From Octopus sinensis (lineage: Eukaryota): a DNA stretch of 64,000 nt. The notes below the pieces were generated by a model. It made no database searches and was not told the origin of the DNA. It was given only the letters and a program-made list of their open reading frames with translations. The position numbers were made by a program, and so were the translations under genes. The stretch spans positions 7,936,001-8,000,000 of the forward strand of contig NC_043023.1 of assembly GCF_006345805.1 (NCBI RefSeq), read 5' to 3'. Of the stretch, positions 34,330 to 47,135 are shown in pieces. The stretch's first letter is position 1. Each line of letters begins with the position of its first letter.

Positions 34330-35465
34330 CATCTGTGGTAAATCATTCTCTGAAAGTGGTGTCCTAACTGAACGCCAGTGCAGGATAGAAACCCTATCAT
34401 TGTGATATTTGTGGTAAATCATTCTCTGAAAGTCGTGTCCTAACTAAACGCCAGTGCAGGATAGAAACCATATCATTGTGATATTTGTGGTAAATCATTC
34501 TCTGAAAGTGGTGTACTAACTAAACACCAGTGCAGGATAGAAACCATATCATTGTGATATCTGTGGTAAATCATTCTCTGAAAGTGGTGTCCTAACTAAA
34601 CGCCAGTGCAGGATAGAAACCATATCATTGTGATATCTGTGGTAAATCATTCTCTGAAAGTGGTGTACTAACTAAACACCAGTGCAGGATAGAAACGATA
34701 TCATTGTGATATCTGTGGTAAATCATTCTCTGAAAGTGGTGTACTAACTAAACACCAGTGCAGGATAGAAACCATATCATTGTGATATCTGTGGTAAATC
34801 ATTCTCTGAAAGTGGTGTCCTAACTAAACACCAGTGCAAGATAGAAACCATATCATTGTGATATCTGTGGTAAATCATTCTCTGAAAGTGGTGTACTAAC
34901 TAAACACCAGTGTGGGATTGAAACATATCATTGTGATATCTGTGGTAAATCATTCTCTGAAAGTCGTGTCCTAACTAAACACCAGTGCGGGATAGAAACC
35001 ATATCATTGTGATATCTGTGGTAAATCATTCTCTGAAAGTGGTGTCCTAACTAAACACCAGTGCGGGATATAAACATATCATTGTGATATCTGTGGTAAA
35101 TCATTCTCTGAAAGTGGTGTACTAACTAAACACCAGTGCAGGATAGAAACCATATCATTGTGATATCTGTGGTAAATCATTCTCTGAAAGTGGTGTCCTA
35201 ACTAAACACCAGTGCAAGATAGAAACCATATCATTGTGATATCTGTGGTAAATCATTCTCTGAAAGTGGTGTACTAACTAAACACCAGTGTGGGATTGAA
35301 ACATATCATTGTGATATCTGTGGTAAATCATTCTCTGAAAGTCGTGTCCTAACTAAACACCAGTGCGGGATTGAAACATATCATTGTGATATCTGTGGTA
35401 AATCATTCTCTGAAAGTGGTGTCCTAACTAAACACCAGTGCAGGATATAAACCATATCATTGTGA
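34319..35465 (+). repeat. 75-76-bp satellite (~15 units) made of one truncated zinc-finger unit
   Basis: Unit ACCATATCATTGTGATATCTGTGGTAAATCATTCTCTGAAAGTGGTGTCCTAACTAAACACCAGTGCAGGATAGAA; CAGG at 34381, 34457, 34533 and onward. Confidence 0.95.
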
Positions 35466-35840
35466 TATGTGTGGTAAATCGTTCTCATACAATGGTGACT
35501 TGACTAATTATAAGCATATTCATACTGGGGAAAAACCATATCACTGTGATATCTATGGTCAATCATTCTCTCTAAAACGCCATTTATGTACACATGTGAG
35601 TCTTCACACAAAAGTGCAACCATTCAGTATTAATCTTTATTACAACAATTATGGCTATTTTTATCTCTTCAAATATGATGTTGTCGACTTCAATTTCAAT
35701 AATGTCAGCATCAAATTCATGAATGTTATGTATATATATGGAAGTATATCAACAATGTCTTTGATTTCTGAAGATGATTGCTCTGGATTTTTGAGCAATT
35801 TGTTTTGAGAGAATAAAGAAATGGGAATAATGAATAAAAG
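35466..35840 (+). other. A1 3' UTR: decayed fingers, then a double AATAAA (35812, 35833)
   Basis: [33 protein letters not shown] relic; same block at 51666-52080. Confidence 0.7.
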
Positions 35841-36957
35841 GTTACACTGAAGTTGATTTTGTCTATGTGTTTTCATCATTGTCGCTGTTATCATCATCAT
35901 CCTTTAGTGAAAATTTTTTTCTTTACTGGCATGGGTTGCACAGTGTGACATGAGCTGGCAACCCATGATGCTGCACTAGGTTCCAGTCTGATTTGTTTGG
36001 GTTTCTTTGGATGTATTCTCCTAATAGAGTTTATTCTGTGTGCGTATGGACACTCACACATATATGTGTACATACATATATCATCATCATCATCATCCTA
36101 TGAAAAAATATATATATTGCCAATGATACCGAGGGGAAGGTGGTACGCCACGCTTTTTCCAAGCAAAAATAAGGAGTTTGCAGCATATTGTGAGGTTAGG
36201 GTACTTGAATCTATGCAAAAAATCTGAGTTTTTTTGTTTGTCTTTATGAAAATCTTGTGGGTGAAAATATCAAAATTTACCCGAAATTCTTCTGGACTCA
36301 AACTTCTCCGAAAAAAATTGTGACAACAAATTCGTATGTAATCGTATTCTATACCATCTAAAAAGTATTGTGATCGTAATCTATCTCATCAGAAATGTAG
36401 TCATGGAAAATTTTGAATTACTGTTAATCTACCAAATCATCATCATCAATTAACGTCCGCTTTCCATGCTAGCATGGGTTGGACGATTTGACTGAGGTCT
36501 GGCAAACCAGACTCCAATCTGATCTGGCAGAGTTTCTACAGCTGGATGCCCTTCCTAACACCAACCAGCTGTAGAAACTCTGCCAGATCAGATTGGAGTC
36601 TGGTTCGCCAGACCTGTCAAATATACATATATATATATGTACAAATGATAAGAAGACAAAGAAAATTGTTTAACACATCGTGACAGGGCAGTAAAAACAG
36701 TTCCTCTGGTACTGAAATTCGTGTGATGGGTGAAAAGTTATTTGACCAGCAACTTCGGACAATGGGAGAAACTATTAAATAGATAACTTGACACTTGCTC
36801 AGGAATTAAACAATGAAGATATTTATGTTTGTGGTGGCGAAGTTGTGTGATCTGCAGTAGAGTAGACTAAATCGCCTCCCACCAAGCAGACCAACTTCGT
36901 GGCCTTAGAGTGAATAGGCAAGGGAAGAGAGATGCAAAAACAAAAAAAAATGAGAAT

Positions 36958-37355
36958 TATATATATATATAAAGCTGAAGTTGTCTGTGTATGGCAGGTT
37001 TGGTAGCCTTCAACTAACACCATCTCCTCTGAGACCCTGTCGCACAAGTTGACCAAACTTGAGAGTATGATAGAAGAAGGCTTACTCTCCCTTCCGTAGA
37101 AGAAAAAATTAAAATCGGACCATGTTAACACCAAAACTTATTTACATCACAAAGGTGCTTTTTCTCTATGAAAATCCCTATTTATTACGATTTTTTGACT
37201 GCTGTGTCGTCATTATTCAGTGTATTTCAACCAGAAAAATGTTCACTTAAAGAGGATAACAAGCTACATAATGCAAATTTTTTACTTTTCAAAAATTCCA
37301 ATTTTAAAGGGTCATAAAGAAAACAAGCCCGAGCAATGCTGGGCTATACTGCTAG
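36958..37355 (+). mobile_element. Non-autonomous Helitron
   Basis: TATATATATAAAGCTGAAGTTGTCTGTG start; subterminal hairpin GCCCGAGCAATGCTGGGC; CTAG|T 3' end. Confidence 0.75.
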
Positions 37356-37408
37356 TATATATATAAAGAGCTATGTGTAATGACTGTATGACCCAAGGTA
37401 TTTGTAAT

Positions 37409-37629
37409 CAGTCTCCCCTCTACAGGCCACCAATGTCATCCAAGTGAAGGCCAAAAGCCAATGCAGCTTGGCACCAGTGATGTTGCAGCTCATTTCTAGA
37501 GGTGAGTGAACTGGACCACCATGAAATAAAGTGTCTTGCTCAAGAACACAACACACAGCCTGGTCCAGGAATTGAACTCACTACTTAATGATTGTGAACC
37601 CAGCATTCTAACCACTGAGCTATGTGCAT
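37409..37629 (-). mobile_element. tRNA-derived SINE family S4 (CORE-like), 5' part
   Basis: Minus strand TAGCTCAGTGG A box, GAGTTCAATTCC B box, TTCTTGAGCAAGACACTT; paralog at ~55147-55363. Confidence 0.75.
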
Positions 37630-38097
37630 CTCTCTCTCTCTCTTTCTCTGTGTGTATACATACATACATATATATGAATGTATATACAGGAGGCAGCTTC
37701 TATATATGGCTGAAATGAGAAGACCCAGAATAGCTTTTCCTATTTTTAATTCCAATATTTATAGCTTGTACTTAACATTAAGGTTTTTAATAAAAATTAC
37801 TTAATGAGTATAAGACTTTATTTAGATGTATATTAAATAAATAAATAAATTAATTAATAATTTAGGCGCAGGAGTGGCTGTGTGGTAAGAAACTTGTTAA
37901 CTAACCACATGGTTCCGGGTTCAGTCTGGTATATGTGTGTGTTTGTGTTTGTTCCCCTAACATTGTTTGACAACTGATGCTGGTGTGTTTTTGTCCCCAT
38001 TATTTAATGATGTGTAACTGTTCTTAGAATCATGTCTATTTAAAACAAAACTGAAGGGTCTCAGTTGGGGATTGATAAATATAAAAAAAGTCAATAA

Positions 38098-38478
38098 GGT
38101 GCAGGAGTGGCTGTGTGGTAAGTAGCTTGCTTACCAACCACACAGTTCCGGATTCAGTCCCACAGCGTGGCACCTTCGACAAGTGTCTTCTGCTATAGCT
38201 TCAGGCCGACCAAAGCCTTGTGAGTGGATTTGGTAGACAGAAACTGAAAGAAGCCTGTCGTATATATATATATGTGTGTGTTTGTCTCCCCAACATTGCT
38301 TGACAACCGATGCTGAAGTGTTTACGTCCACGTTACTTAGCGGTTTGGCAAAAGAGACCGATAGGATAAGTACTAGACTTACAAAGAATAAGTCCTGGGG
38401 TCGATTTGCTTGGCTAAAAGGCGGTGCTCCAGCATGGCCGCAGTCAAACGACTGAAGCAAGTAAAAGAGAAAGAGAAA
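38098..38478 (+). mobile_element. Full-length SINE S1
   Basis: tRNA-like head, central (TA/TG)n, AAAGAG tail. Confidence 0.9.
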
Positions 38479-38679
38479 GGGTTACATTCTCTCTATAGAT
38501 TAGTATAAAGGAGCTAATTTTGAATTCCCATATACAAAGTAAACAATCGGGTGGGGTTGGTTGTATTTAACAGGAAAAAACTAACCAAATAAGGGAGTAT
38601 GGAATTTTAAATATTCGGGACTAAAATTAATATCAAACTATCCATAATCAATACAGCTCAGATATTAGTATGAAAGAAA

Positions 38680-38930
38680 TCATCATCATCGTTTACTGTC
38701 CGTTTTCCATGCTAGCATGTGTTGGATGGTTCGACTGGGCTATGGGAAGCCAGGAGGCTGCACCAGGCTCCAGTCTGATCTGGCAGTGTTTCTACAGCTG
38801 GATGCCCTTCCTAACGCCAACGACTCCGTGAGTGAAGTGGGTGTTTTTTAGTGCTACCGGCACAGGGGCTGCATGAGGCTGGCAAACAGCCCCGATTTGT
38901 TGATGCTTTTATGTGTCACCGACATGGACG
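38680..38930 (-). mobile_element. RTE 3' end
   Basis: (CAT)n, then CGTTTACTGTCCGTTTTCCATGCTAGCATG. Confidence 0.75.
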
Positions 38931-38934
38931 GTGC

Positions 38935-39200
38935 TGGCATCTTCCATGTTCGGGTGGAAGGAGGCTGGAATAGAGTAGCCATTGACATCATGAACTATTG
39001 GGAAAATGTATACCCCTCAATGGTCGACTGTGATCCAGAGCAGATGGCTATATGGAGAGAGATCAGGATGGAAAGTGCTGCCAAAATTGCCAGAAGACAA
39101 TGGAGGTAGTCTTCTGGTACAACATACCGTCCAGGTTAGGGCAAACCGAAGAGTCTGCCTCGAAAAGAGCCATATTCTAGTGAAAAGGGAGACATCTCAG
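38935..39200 (+). mobile_element. Gypsy-type integrase relic
   Basis: WNRVAIDIMNYWENVYPSMVDCDPEQMAIWREIRMESA resembles the W.R.A.D...Y....Y...VDC....A.W start of the integrase core. Confidence 0.5.
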
Positions 39201-39349
39201 CATGGTGTCTGTACAGTTCGAAGACGAGGTGTGGGTGAAGACCCTGAATGCTTGTGTAGGGCACTGGCCATAAATTTATAACAGACGGACTATAGACAGG
39301 AACCTCACAGCTGGCTACTTAGTGAGTTGCTCTGCAGAGAAGGGACTTC

Positions 39350-39748
39350 CGATCTTTTCCGTTTGACCGGCAGTTTTTTCTAGCAGTGTCATATGAAATT
39401 GTCACCCATAATTATGACCCTACTATGGATCTATTGCATTTCAATCTCTTTTAGGGTTAGGGGTGGGGGGAAGGGTATCTTTTTCTTCCAAAATGTAAAT
39501 AAACCCAATCTGTTTCTTAAACGAGGAACATATTCATACGGCACAGAATGTTTTCACCTTAGTAGACGTCATTGATTGGTTGAAATTGAAGAAAAAAACA
39601 ACAAATATCTTACAAACTATAGAATTTTCTCAAGAAAGCCAAGAGAAAAAGATGTTTTATAAACACATTCTACCAGTATACGAAGTTTAAAAGTGTTTAG
39701 TTACGTGGAAATTAATTTAGAAAACTGCCGGTCAAACCGAAAAGATCC
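39350..39748. mobile_element. Merlin-like MITE immediately upstream of the gene B upstream block
   Basis: GATCTTTTCCGTTTGACCGGCAG...CTGCCGGTCAAACCGAAAAGATCC; no TSD. Confidence 0.85.
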
Positions 39749-39749
39749 T

Positions 39750-40385
39750 AGAATATACAAATATACTTTGTTAAATTAATCTGGTGAGAATTTTAAAAAA
39801 ACTTGACGATGGAGTTATTGACAGAAAGGGACAAAGTTAAAAAAACACCGGAACGAATCCAACGAGTCAGTACCGCTCTCTATTGGAGAATTGAGGAAAT
39901 ACAATCATATCAAGGGACACAACTTGTACAAGACATCAACCTCGAGGCCAAAGTAGCTAATTGGGGAAGTTAATTAGGGAGGTTAATTACCGATCACTGA
40001 GTCGCTGTTTATTTGTGAATACGGTAAGTTGACAAAGATTTGCTTTAAGGCTGTAATAGTGTTGATAATACTACTAATAATAAGGTAAATAATAGAATTC
40101 TGTGAACCTCTCGATGTTACAGTAATTATTTTTCCAAGCGGGAACCTGACAATAATTAGGAAAATATATTTGTTCGTCTTAATTAATAATTTCCAAACTG
40201 AAATGTTGATTTGTTTATAAAATACTATGACCGACTGATACATGTGATATAAAGTAAATTAGTTGGTAAAAATGAATGTAATGTGGCATAATTATTTAGG
40301 AAAATGAGAAGAAACCGATTGAAGAATTCCACATTAATTAATTCTGTCCCGTTGTTAATGAGGCATTGATAAAACGGTAAGTTGA
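39750..40385 (+). promoter_or_regulatory. Upstream block of gene B with donors at 40024 and 40377
   Basis: Diverged paralog of 30570-31180 that keeps both ACG|GTAAGT sites. Confidence 0.55.
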
Positions 40386-40554
40386 TGAAGATTTGCTTTA
40401 AGGTTATATTAATAATCGTAATGGTGGTTTAAAATTTCGGCCCAGGGCGAGCGGGAGTCGATGACACGGGCCCCAGAATTTCCTGAAAGGGATGAACGGC
40501 AAAGTGAACCTCGGCTGTATTTAAACCCAAGACTTACTGTCGAGATCGACTCTG

Positions 40555-40960
40555 GGATCTTTTCGGTTTGAACGGCAGTTTTTAAAAACATTTTCCACGT
40601 AACTAAACACTTTTAAACTTCGTATACTTGTAGAATGTGTTTATAAAACATCTTTTTCTCTTGGCTTTCTTGAGAAAATTCTATAGTTTGTAAGATATTT
40701 GTTGTTTTTTTTTCTTCAATTTCTGCAATTTCAACCAATCAATGACGGTTATTGAGGTGAAAACATTCTGCCGTATGAATATGTCCCTCGTTTATAAACA
40801 TTGGGTTTATTTACATTTCTGAAGAAAAAGATACCCTTCCCCTCACCCCTAACCCTAAAAGAGATTGAAATGCAATAGATCGATACTTGGGTCATAATTA
40901 TAGGTGACAATTTCATATGACACCGCTAGAAAAAAACTGCCGTTCAAACCGAAAATATCC
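40555..40960. mobile_element. Merlin-like MITE (reverse orientation) in the gene B intron, flanked by a 29-bp duplication
   Basis: TIRs present; CCCAAGACTTACTGT(C/G)GAGATCGACTCTG at 40526-40554 and 40961-40989. Confidence 0.9.
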
Positions 40961-42175
40961 CCCAAGACTTACTGTGGAGATCGACTCTGTGTTTCATTTT
41001 TTTCAGTGTGCGTAAAAAATAATAATAATCTTTGGTACTTTAGGCACAAGTCCTGAAATTTGGTAGAAGGGCGTAAGTCGGTTCCATGGACCCCAGTACT
41101 GTTCTTATTTTATCGATCTCGAAAGGCAAAGTCGACCTCGGAGGACTTTGAAGTGTTAGAGTAAAGACGGACGAAATGCTGTTAAGCATTTTGTGCAGTA
41201 TGCTAATGATTCTGCCAGTAAATAATGGAATTCTGTGAACCCTTCGAAGTTACTGCAATCTGTGAAAATGCATAGAAAGATTGAAAAAATATGCTCACTT
41301 GTCTTAGATATAAAAAAAGGGATTTTCCTGAAAGGTATGAGGAAGGTAGGCGTAGGGCCGAACTAAGCCTTGTGAGTGGATTTCATAGACAGAAACTGAA
41401 AGAAGCCCTTTGTATACTTATGTTTGTGTGTCTGTGTTTGTCTCCCCAACATCGCTTGACAACCGATGCTGGTGTGTTTACGTGCCCGTAACATAGCGGT
41501 TCAGAAAAAGCAACCAATAGAATAAGTACTAGGCTTCCAAACAATAAGTCTTTGGTCGATTTGCTTGACTGTAAGGCGGTGCTCCAGCATGGCCACCCTC
41601 AAATGTCTGTAACAAGTAAAAGAGTAAAAGTTGTGTAGGTATGCCAGTCTTTCAACGCTTCAATGAACTCCGACCCTTGCGAACATTGACATTAAACGGA
41701 TGACAGTATTGATGTTGTAAAATTTGCAATGTTGAATTATTATGTCACTTAACTATTCTCTTTATCTCACTGTTTCTTTTCCTCTTTCAGAATATCAGAT
41801 CATGTTGACGTAAAAGAAATCTTGTCGTTCAGATGTGACTTTTGATATTTTTATGGACTTTCGTCAACTAAAGGAAGACAATATATTTATAAGGAGCATT
41901 CATCAATACATCAACCTTTTTATATTGATATAATCTATGACAAACAACAGCAAAATATTTTTCTTGTCTTTACTGTCTGGAATGTAGAGGAGGTGATTGC
42001 TTTACAAGTTTGGATAACTTTACGAAGGACCTGACAGTTTTCACCTGCTAATTCAGATATTAAGTAAGATCACAGCTGAAAAACATAGCATTAAATTATT
42101 CCCTGACAATACTAACTGAACTGAACACAAACATATTCATAGAAAAGAGAAAAAAACAATATCTTTGTGATATAT

Positions 42176-43330
42176 ATGACAAACTATTCTCTCAGAATGA
42201 ATAATTTAATAAAATCTAAAAATCCTGATACCAGAGAGAAACCATATTTCTGTGATGTCTGTGGAAAATCATTCTCTCGAAGAACTCACTTGACCATTCA
42301 CAGATGTATTCATAATGGTGAAAAGCCATATCAGTGTGATATCTGCGGTAATTCATTCTCTTGTAATAGTCAATTGACTAGTCATAAACGTATTCATACT
42401 GGAGAGAAGCCATATCAGTGTGATATTTGTGGTAAATCATTTTCTGAAAATTGCAATTTAACTGTTCATAAGCGTACACATACAGGAGAGAGGCCATATC
42501 ATTGTGATATCTGTGGCAAATCATTCACTGCAAACAGTCATTTTACTAAACACAAGCGCGTTCATACAGGAGAGAAACCCTATCGTTGTGATATTTGTGG
42601 AAAATTATTTTCTCGGAGAAGTCACGTGTCTGTTCACAAACGTACACATACAGGAGAGAAGCCATATCAGTGCAATACCTGTGGTAAATCATTCTCTTGT
42701 AATAGTCAGTTGACTACTCATAGACGTATTCATACTGGTGAAAAACCGTATCCCTGCGATTTATGTGATAAATCATTTTCTCAAATTAATGCTTTAACTA
42801 GACACAAACGTGTTCATAATGGTGAAAAGCCATATCATTGTGATATCTGTGGCAAATCATTCTCTGCAAACGGTAACTTGTCGATTCACAAACGCATTCA
42901 TACTGGGGAAAAACCATATCAGTGTGATATCTGTGGTAAATCATTTTCTGAAAATAGCACTTTCACTAAACACAAGCGTGTTCATACAGGAGAGAAACCA
43001 TATCGTTGTGATATCTGTGGCAAGTCTTTTTCTCTCAATAGCGCTTTCACTAGTCACAAATATATACATATGGGAGAGATGCCATATCATTGTAATACCT
43101 GTGGGAAATCTTTTTCTAAAAATAGCACTTTAACTAGTCACAGACGTATTCACACAGGTGAGAAACCATATCAGTGTGATATCTGTGGTAAATCATTTTC
43201 CGAAAGTGGCAGTGTAACTAGTCACAAGCGTATTCATACAGGAGAGAAGGCATATTATTGTAATATCTGTGGTATATCATTCTCTGCAAACAGTGACTTG
43301 ACTAAACACAAGCACATTCATACAGGATAG
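42176..43330 (+). CDS. C2H2 zinc-finger protein B, 13 fingers
   Basis: 13 C2H2 units; ATG at 42176 in the same context as A1; stops at a GAG>TAG change in a linker. Confidence 0.88.
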   Translation: MTNYSLRMNNLIKSKNPDTREKPYFCDVCGKSFSRRTHLTIHRCIHNGEKPYQCDICGNSFSCNSQLTSHKRIHTGEKPYQCDICGKSFSENCNLTVHKRTHTGERPYHCDICGKSFTANSHFTKHKRVHTGEKPYRCDICGKLFSRRSHVSVHKRTHTGEKPYQCNTCGKSFSCNSQLTTHRRIHTGEKPYPCDLCDKSFSQINALTRHKRVHNGEKPYHCDICGKSFSANGNLSIHKRIHTGEKPYQCDICGKSFSENSTFTKHKRVHTGEKPYRCDICGKSFSLNSAFTSHKYIHMGEMPYHCNTCGKSFSKNSTLTSHRRIHTGEKPYQCDICGKSFSESGSVTSHKRIHTGEKAYYCNICGISFSANSDLTKHKHIHTG

Positions 43331-43950
43331 ATCACTATGGCTTAACTAAACACAAGCGCGTTCACACAGGAGAGAAACCCTATCGTGTTATCTGTGGTAA
43401 ATCCTTCTCTTGTAATAGTCTATTGACTAATCATAAACGTATTCAGACTGGAGAGAAGCCATATCACTGTGATATTTCTGGTAAATCATTTTCTAAAAAT
43501 TACACTTTAACTAGTCACAAACGCATTCATACGGGTGAAAAACCATATCATTGCAATATCTGTGGTAAATCATTTTCTGAAAATAGCCACATGTCTAAAC
43601 ATAAACGTATTCATACAGGAGAGAAGCCATATCATTGTAATAGCTGTGGTAAATCATTTTCTGAAAACACCACTTTAACTATTCACAAATATACTCATAC
43701 AAGCGAGAAGCTATATCATTGTGACATCTGTGCTAAAACATTCTCTTGTAGTAGCCACTTGACTAAACACAAGCGTGTTCATACAGGAAAGGAATTATAT
43801 CCTTGAGATATCTGTGGTTAATCATTCTCTTATAATACTCACTTGACTAATCATAAACATATACATACTGAGGGGAAAAAACCACATCACTGTGATATCT
43901 GTGATGAATAATTCTTTCAAAATGGCCACTTCAGTACACGTGAGTATTCA
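43331..43950 (+). pseudogene. Out-of-frame and decayed continuation of the gene B finger array
   Basis: About 5 fingers in another frame, ending YP-TGA (TGT>TGA), then further broken fingers. Confidence 0.8.
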
Positions 43951-44124
43951 CGCACAACTGTAATTGTACCAGTATTGAAATTTATTACAACACGACAATA
44001 ATAACTTCTATTTTCCTCTGCTAAAAGGCGTTTTTTTTTATCACTTCAAATTTGATGTTATCAACTTCGAACTCATGAATATGAACCTGAATATGGAAAT
44101 ATATCAACACAACAAAGCCTTTGA

Positions 44125-45189
<1,065 letters not shown>

Positions 45190-45699
45190 ATCATTCTCAA
45201 AAGAATCCCACTTCAGTAGACATATGAGTATACACACACATGTGTGACTATATAGGTATTAAAATTTTTTACAACATGCCTAAAATTACTTCTAGTTTTT
45301 CTACAAAGAGACAGGGATTTTTTTTATCTCTTCAAATTTCATGTTATCAACTTCAATTTCATCAATGTCAACATCAAATTCAGCAAAGACTTTGATTTCT
45401 GAAGATGGTCATGCTGGAGTTTTGAGGAATTTGTTATTAGAGAATAAAGAAACGGGAATAATGAATAAAAACTGAATTAAACTGAAATGGGTTTTGGCTA
45501 TTAACTTTCATCATTGTCGTCATTTTCATCATCATCATCCTTCAGCGATAGCTTTTCTTTATATGCTGTCATGGGTGGGACAGTTTGACATGAGCTGGCA
45601 AGCCATAATGCTGCACCAGGTTCCACTCTGATTTGTTTTGGTTGCTTTGGATGTATTCTCCTAATATTAACCAGTTTACATTTTATGCTGTGTGCTTTA

Positions 45700-46075
45700 T
45701 ATCATCATCATCATCACTTAACATCCGCCTTCCAAGCTAGCATGGGTTGGACGATTTGACTTAGGACTGGTGAACGAAATGGCTGCACCAGGCTCCTTTC
45801 TGATCTGGCAGAGTTTCGACAGCTGGATGCTTTTCCTAACGCCAACCACCCCGAGAGTGTAGTGGGTGCTTTTATGTGTCACCGGCATGAGGAACAGTCA
45901 GGCAGTACTGGCAACGGCCACGCTCAAATGGTGTTTTTTACGTGCCACCTGCACAGGAAACAGTCCAGCAGCACTGGCAATGACCTCGCTCGAATAATTT
46001 TCACGTGCCATTGGCACAAGTGCCAGTAAGGCAGTGCTGGTAACGATCATGCTCAAATAGTGCTTTTTACCTGCC
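45700..46075 (-). mobile_element. RTE 3' UTR copy (paralog at ~62170-62560)
   Basis: (CAT)n tail and GTGCC subrepeats. Confidence 0.75.
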
Positions 46076-46413
46076 ACACAGCATATATATTTATAAAATT
46101 GAATAAGGGTAGAAATTGATATTAATCAATTAAAACCAGTGGCCTAGCATATTAAAAAAATCCAAAGATTAAAATATTTTTTACATTCAAAATTTAAAGG
46201 ACTGACCACTAAAAGTTAGTGGTCAGTCATTTGAGTTTTGTATGTAAAAAAAAAAATGTATATATATATATATATGTGGAAAGGCATCCAGCTGTAGAAA
46301 CTCTGCCAGATCAGACTGGAGCCTGGTGCAGGCAATTTAAAAACACAAAACAAACACCACCTCCTTTTCACTTCCCAATCTCTCTCTCTCTCATGACCTC
46401 ACTGTCCCTCCTC

Positions 46414-47036
46414 GGATCTTTTCCTTTTGAACGGCAGACAATTTCTAGTTCACTAAACACTTTAAAACTTCGTATACTGGTAGAATGTGTTTATAAAACA
46501 TCTTTTTCTCTTGGCTTTCTTGAGAAAACTGTAATTTGTTTGTTTAACGTAGTTTAATTTTTCAAATTTTAACCACTGAATCGCCTCTAATTGAGCTCAA
46601 ATTATTTGCTGCGTCTAAAACTGAGACAACATCCTGTCACTAATCCTAACCCTAAATTTTTATTGTTTTTAATTGTTAAATTAATTTAATTGTTATGCGT
46701 GTAAAAAAAAACGTCCATTGCCTTAGTTTTTTTTTACACGCGTAACAATTAAGAAAAAAAAAAATTAGGGTTAAGGTTAGGTTGAGGGTTAGTGACAGGA
46801 TGTTATCTCAGTTTTAGACGCAGCAAATGATTTTAGCTCAAAGGAGGTAATCGATTGGTTAAAATTGCCGAATTGCTCGAAATTTCAGACAAAATATCTT
46901 ACAAACTATAGAATTTTCTCAATAAAACCAAGAGAAAATGATGTTTTATAAACACATTCTACCAGTATACGAAGTTTAAAAGTGTTTAGTTAACTAGAAA
47001 TTGTGTTGACATCTGACATTCAAAAGGAAAAGATTC
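46414..47036. mobile_element. Merlin-like foldback MITE (paralog at 62885-63508)
   Basis: TIRs; exact 8-bp TSD CCCTCCTC at 46406-46413 and 47037-47044. Confidence 0.9.
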
Positions 47037-47069
47037 CCCTCCTCTTTTGCTCTGCTTCTCACTTGAGCT

Positions 47070-47135
47070 ATTGTCGCCCTTTTCAAGCCTAGCCAGGCTC
47101 ATGGAACCGGTTTCCCGGTTTCTGTGACGTATGTG
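47070..47135 (-). mobile_element. 3' part of a SINE S3, cut by a MITE end
   Basis: Reverse complement of the last ~65 bp of 7920-8227, ending CGTATGTG. Confidence 0.8.

Noticed and set aside
33320-34405. Overlapping MISVVNHSL... ORFs (also at 42504, 42810, 51235, 61561)
   Set aside because: These are alternative frames of zinc-finger repeats with non-ATG or incidental starts and frequent stops.
35467-35808. Separate small ZNF genes (also 51715-51963 and 43423-43806)
   Set aside because: They are decayed fingers lacking ligands, lying between a stop codon and the shared poly(A) block.
43328-43806. A-to-I read-through of the gene B stop codons to restore the long array
   Set aside because: The fingers after TAG are in a different frame, and editing TGA gives Trp rather than the lost Cys.
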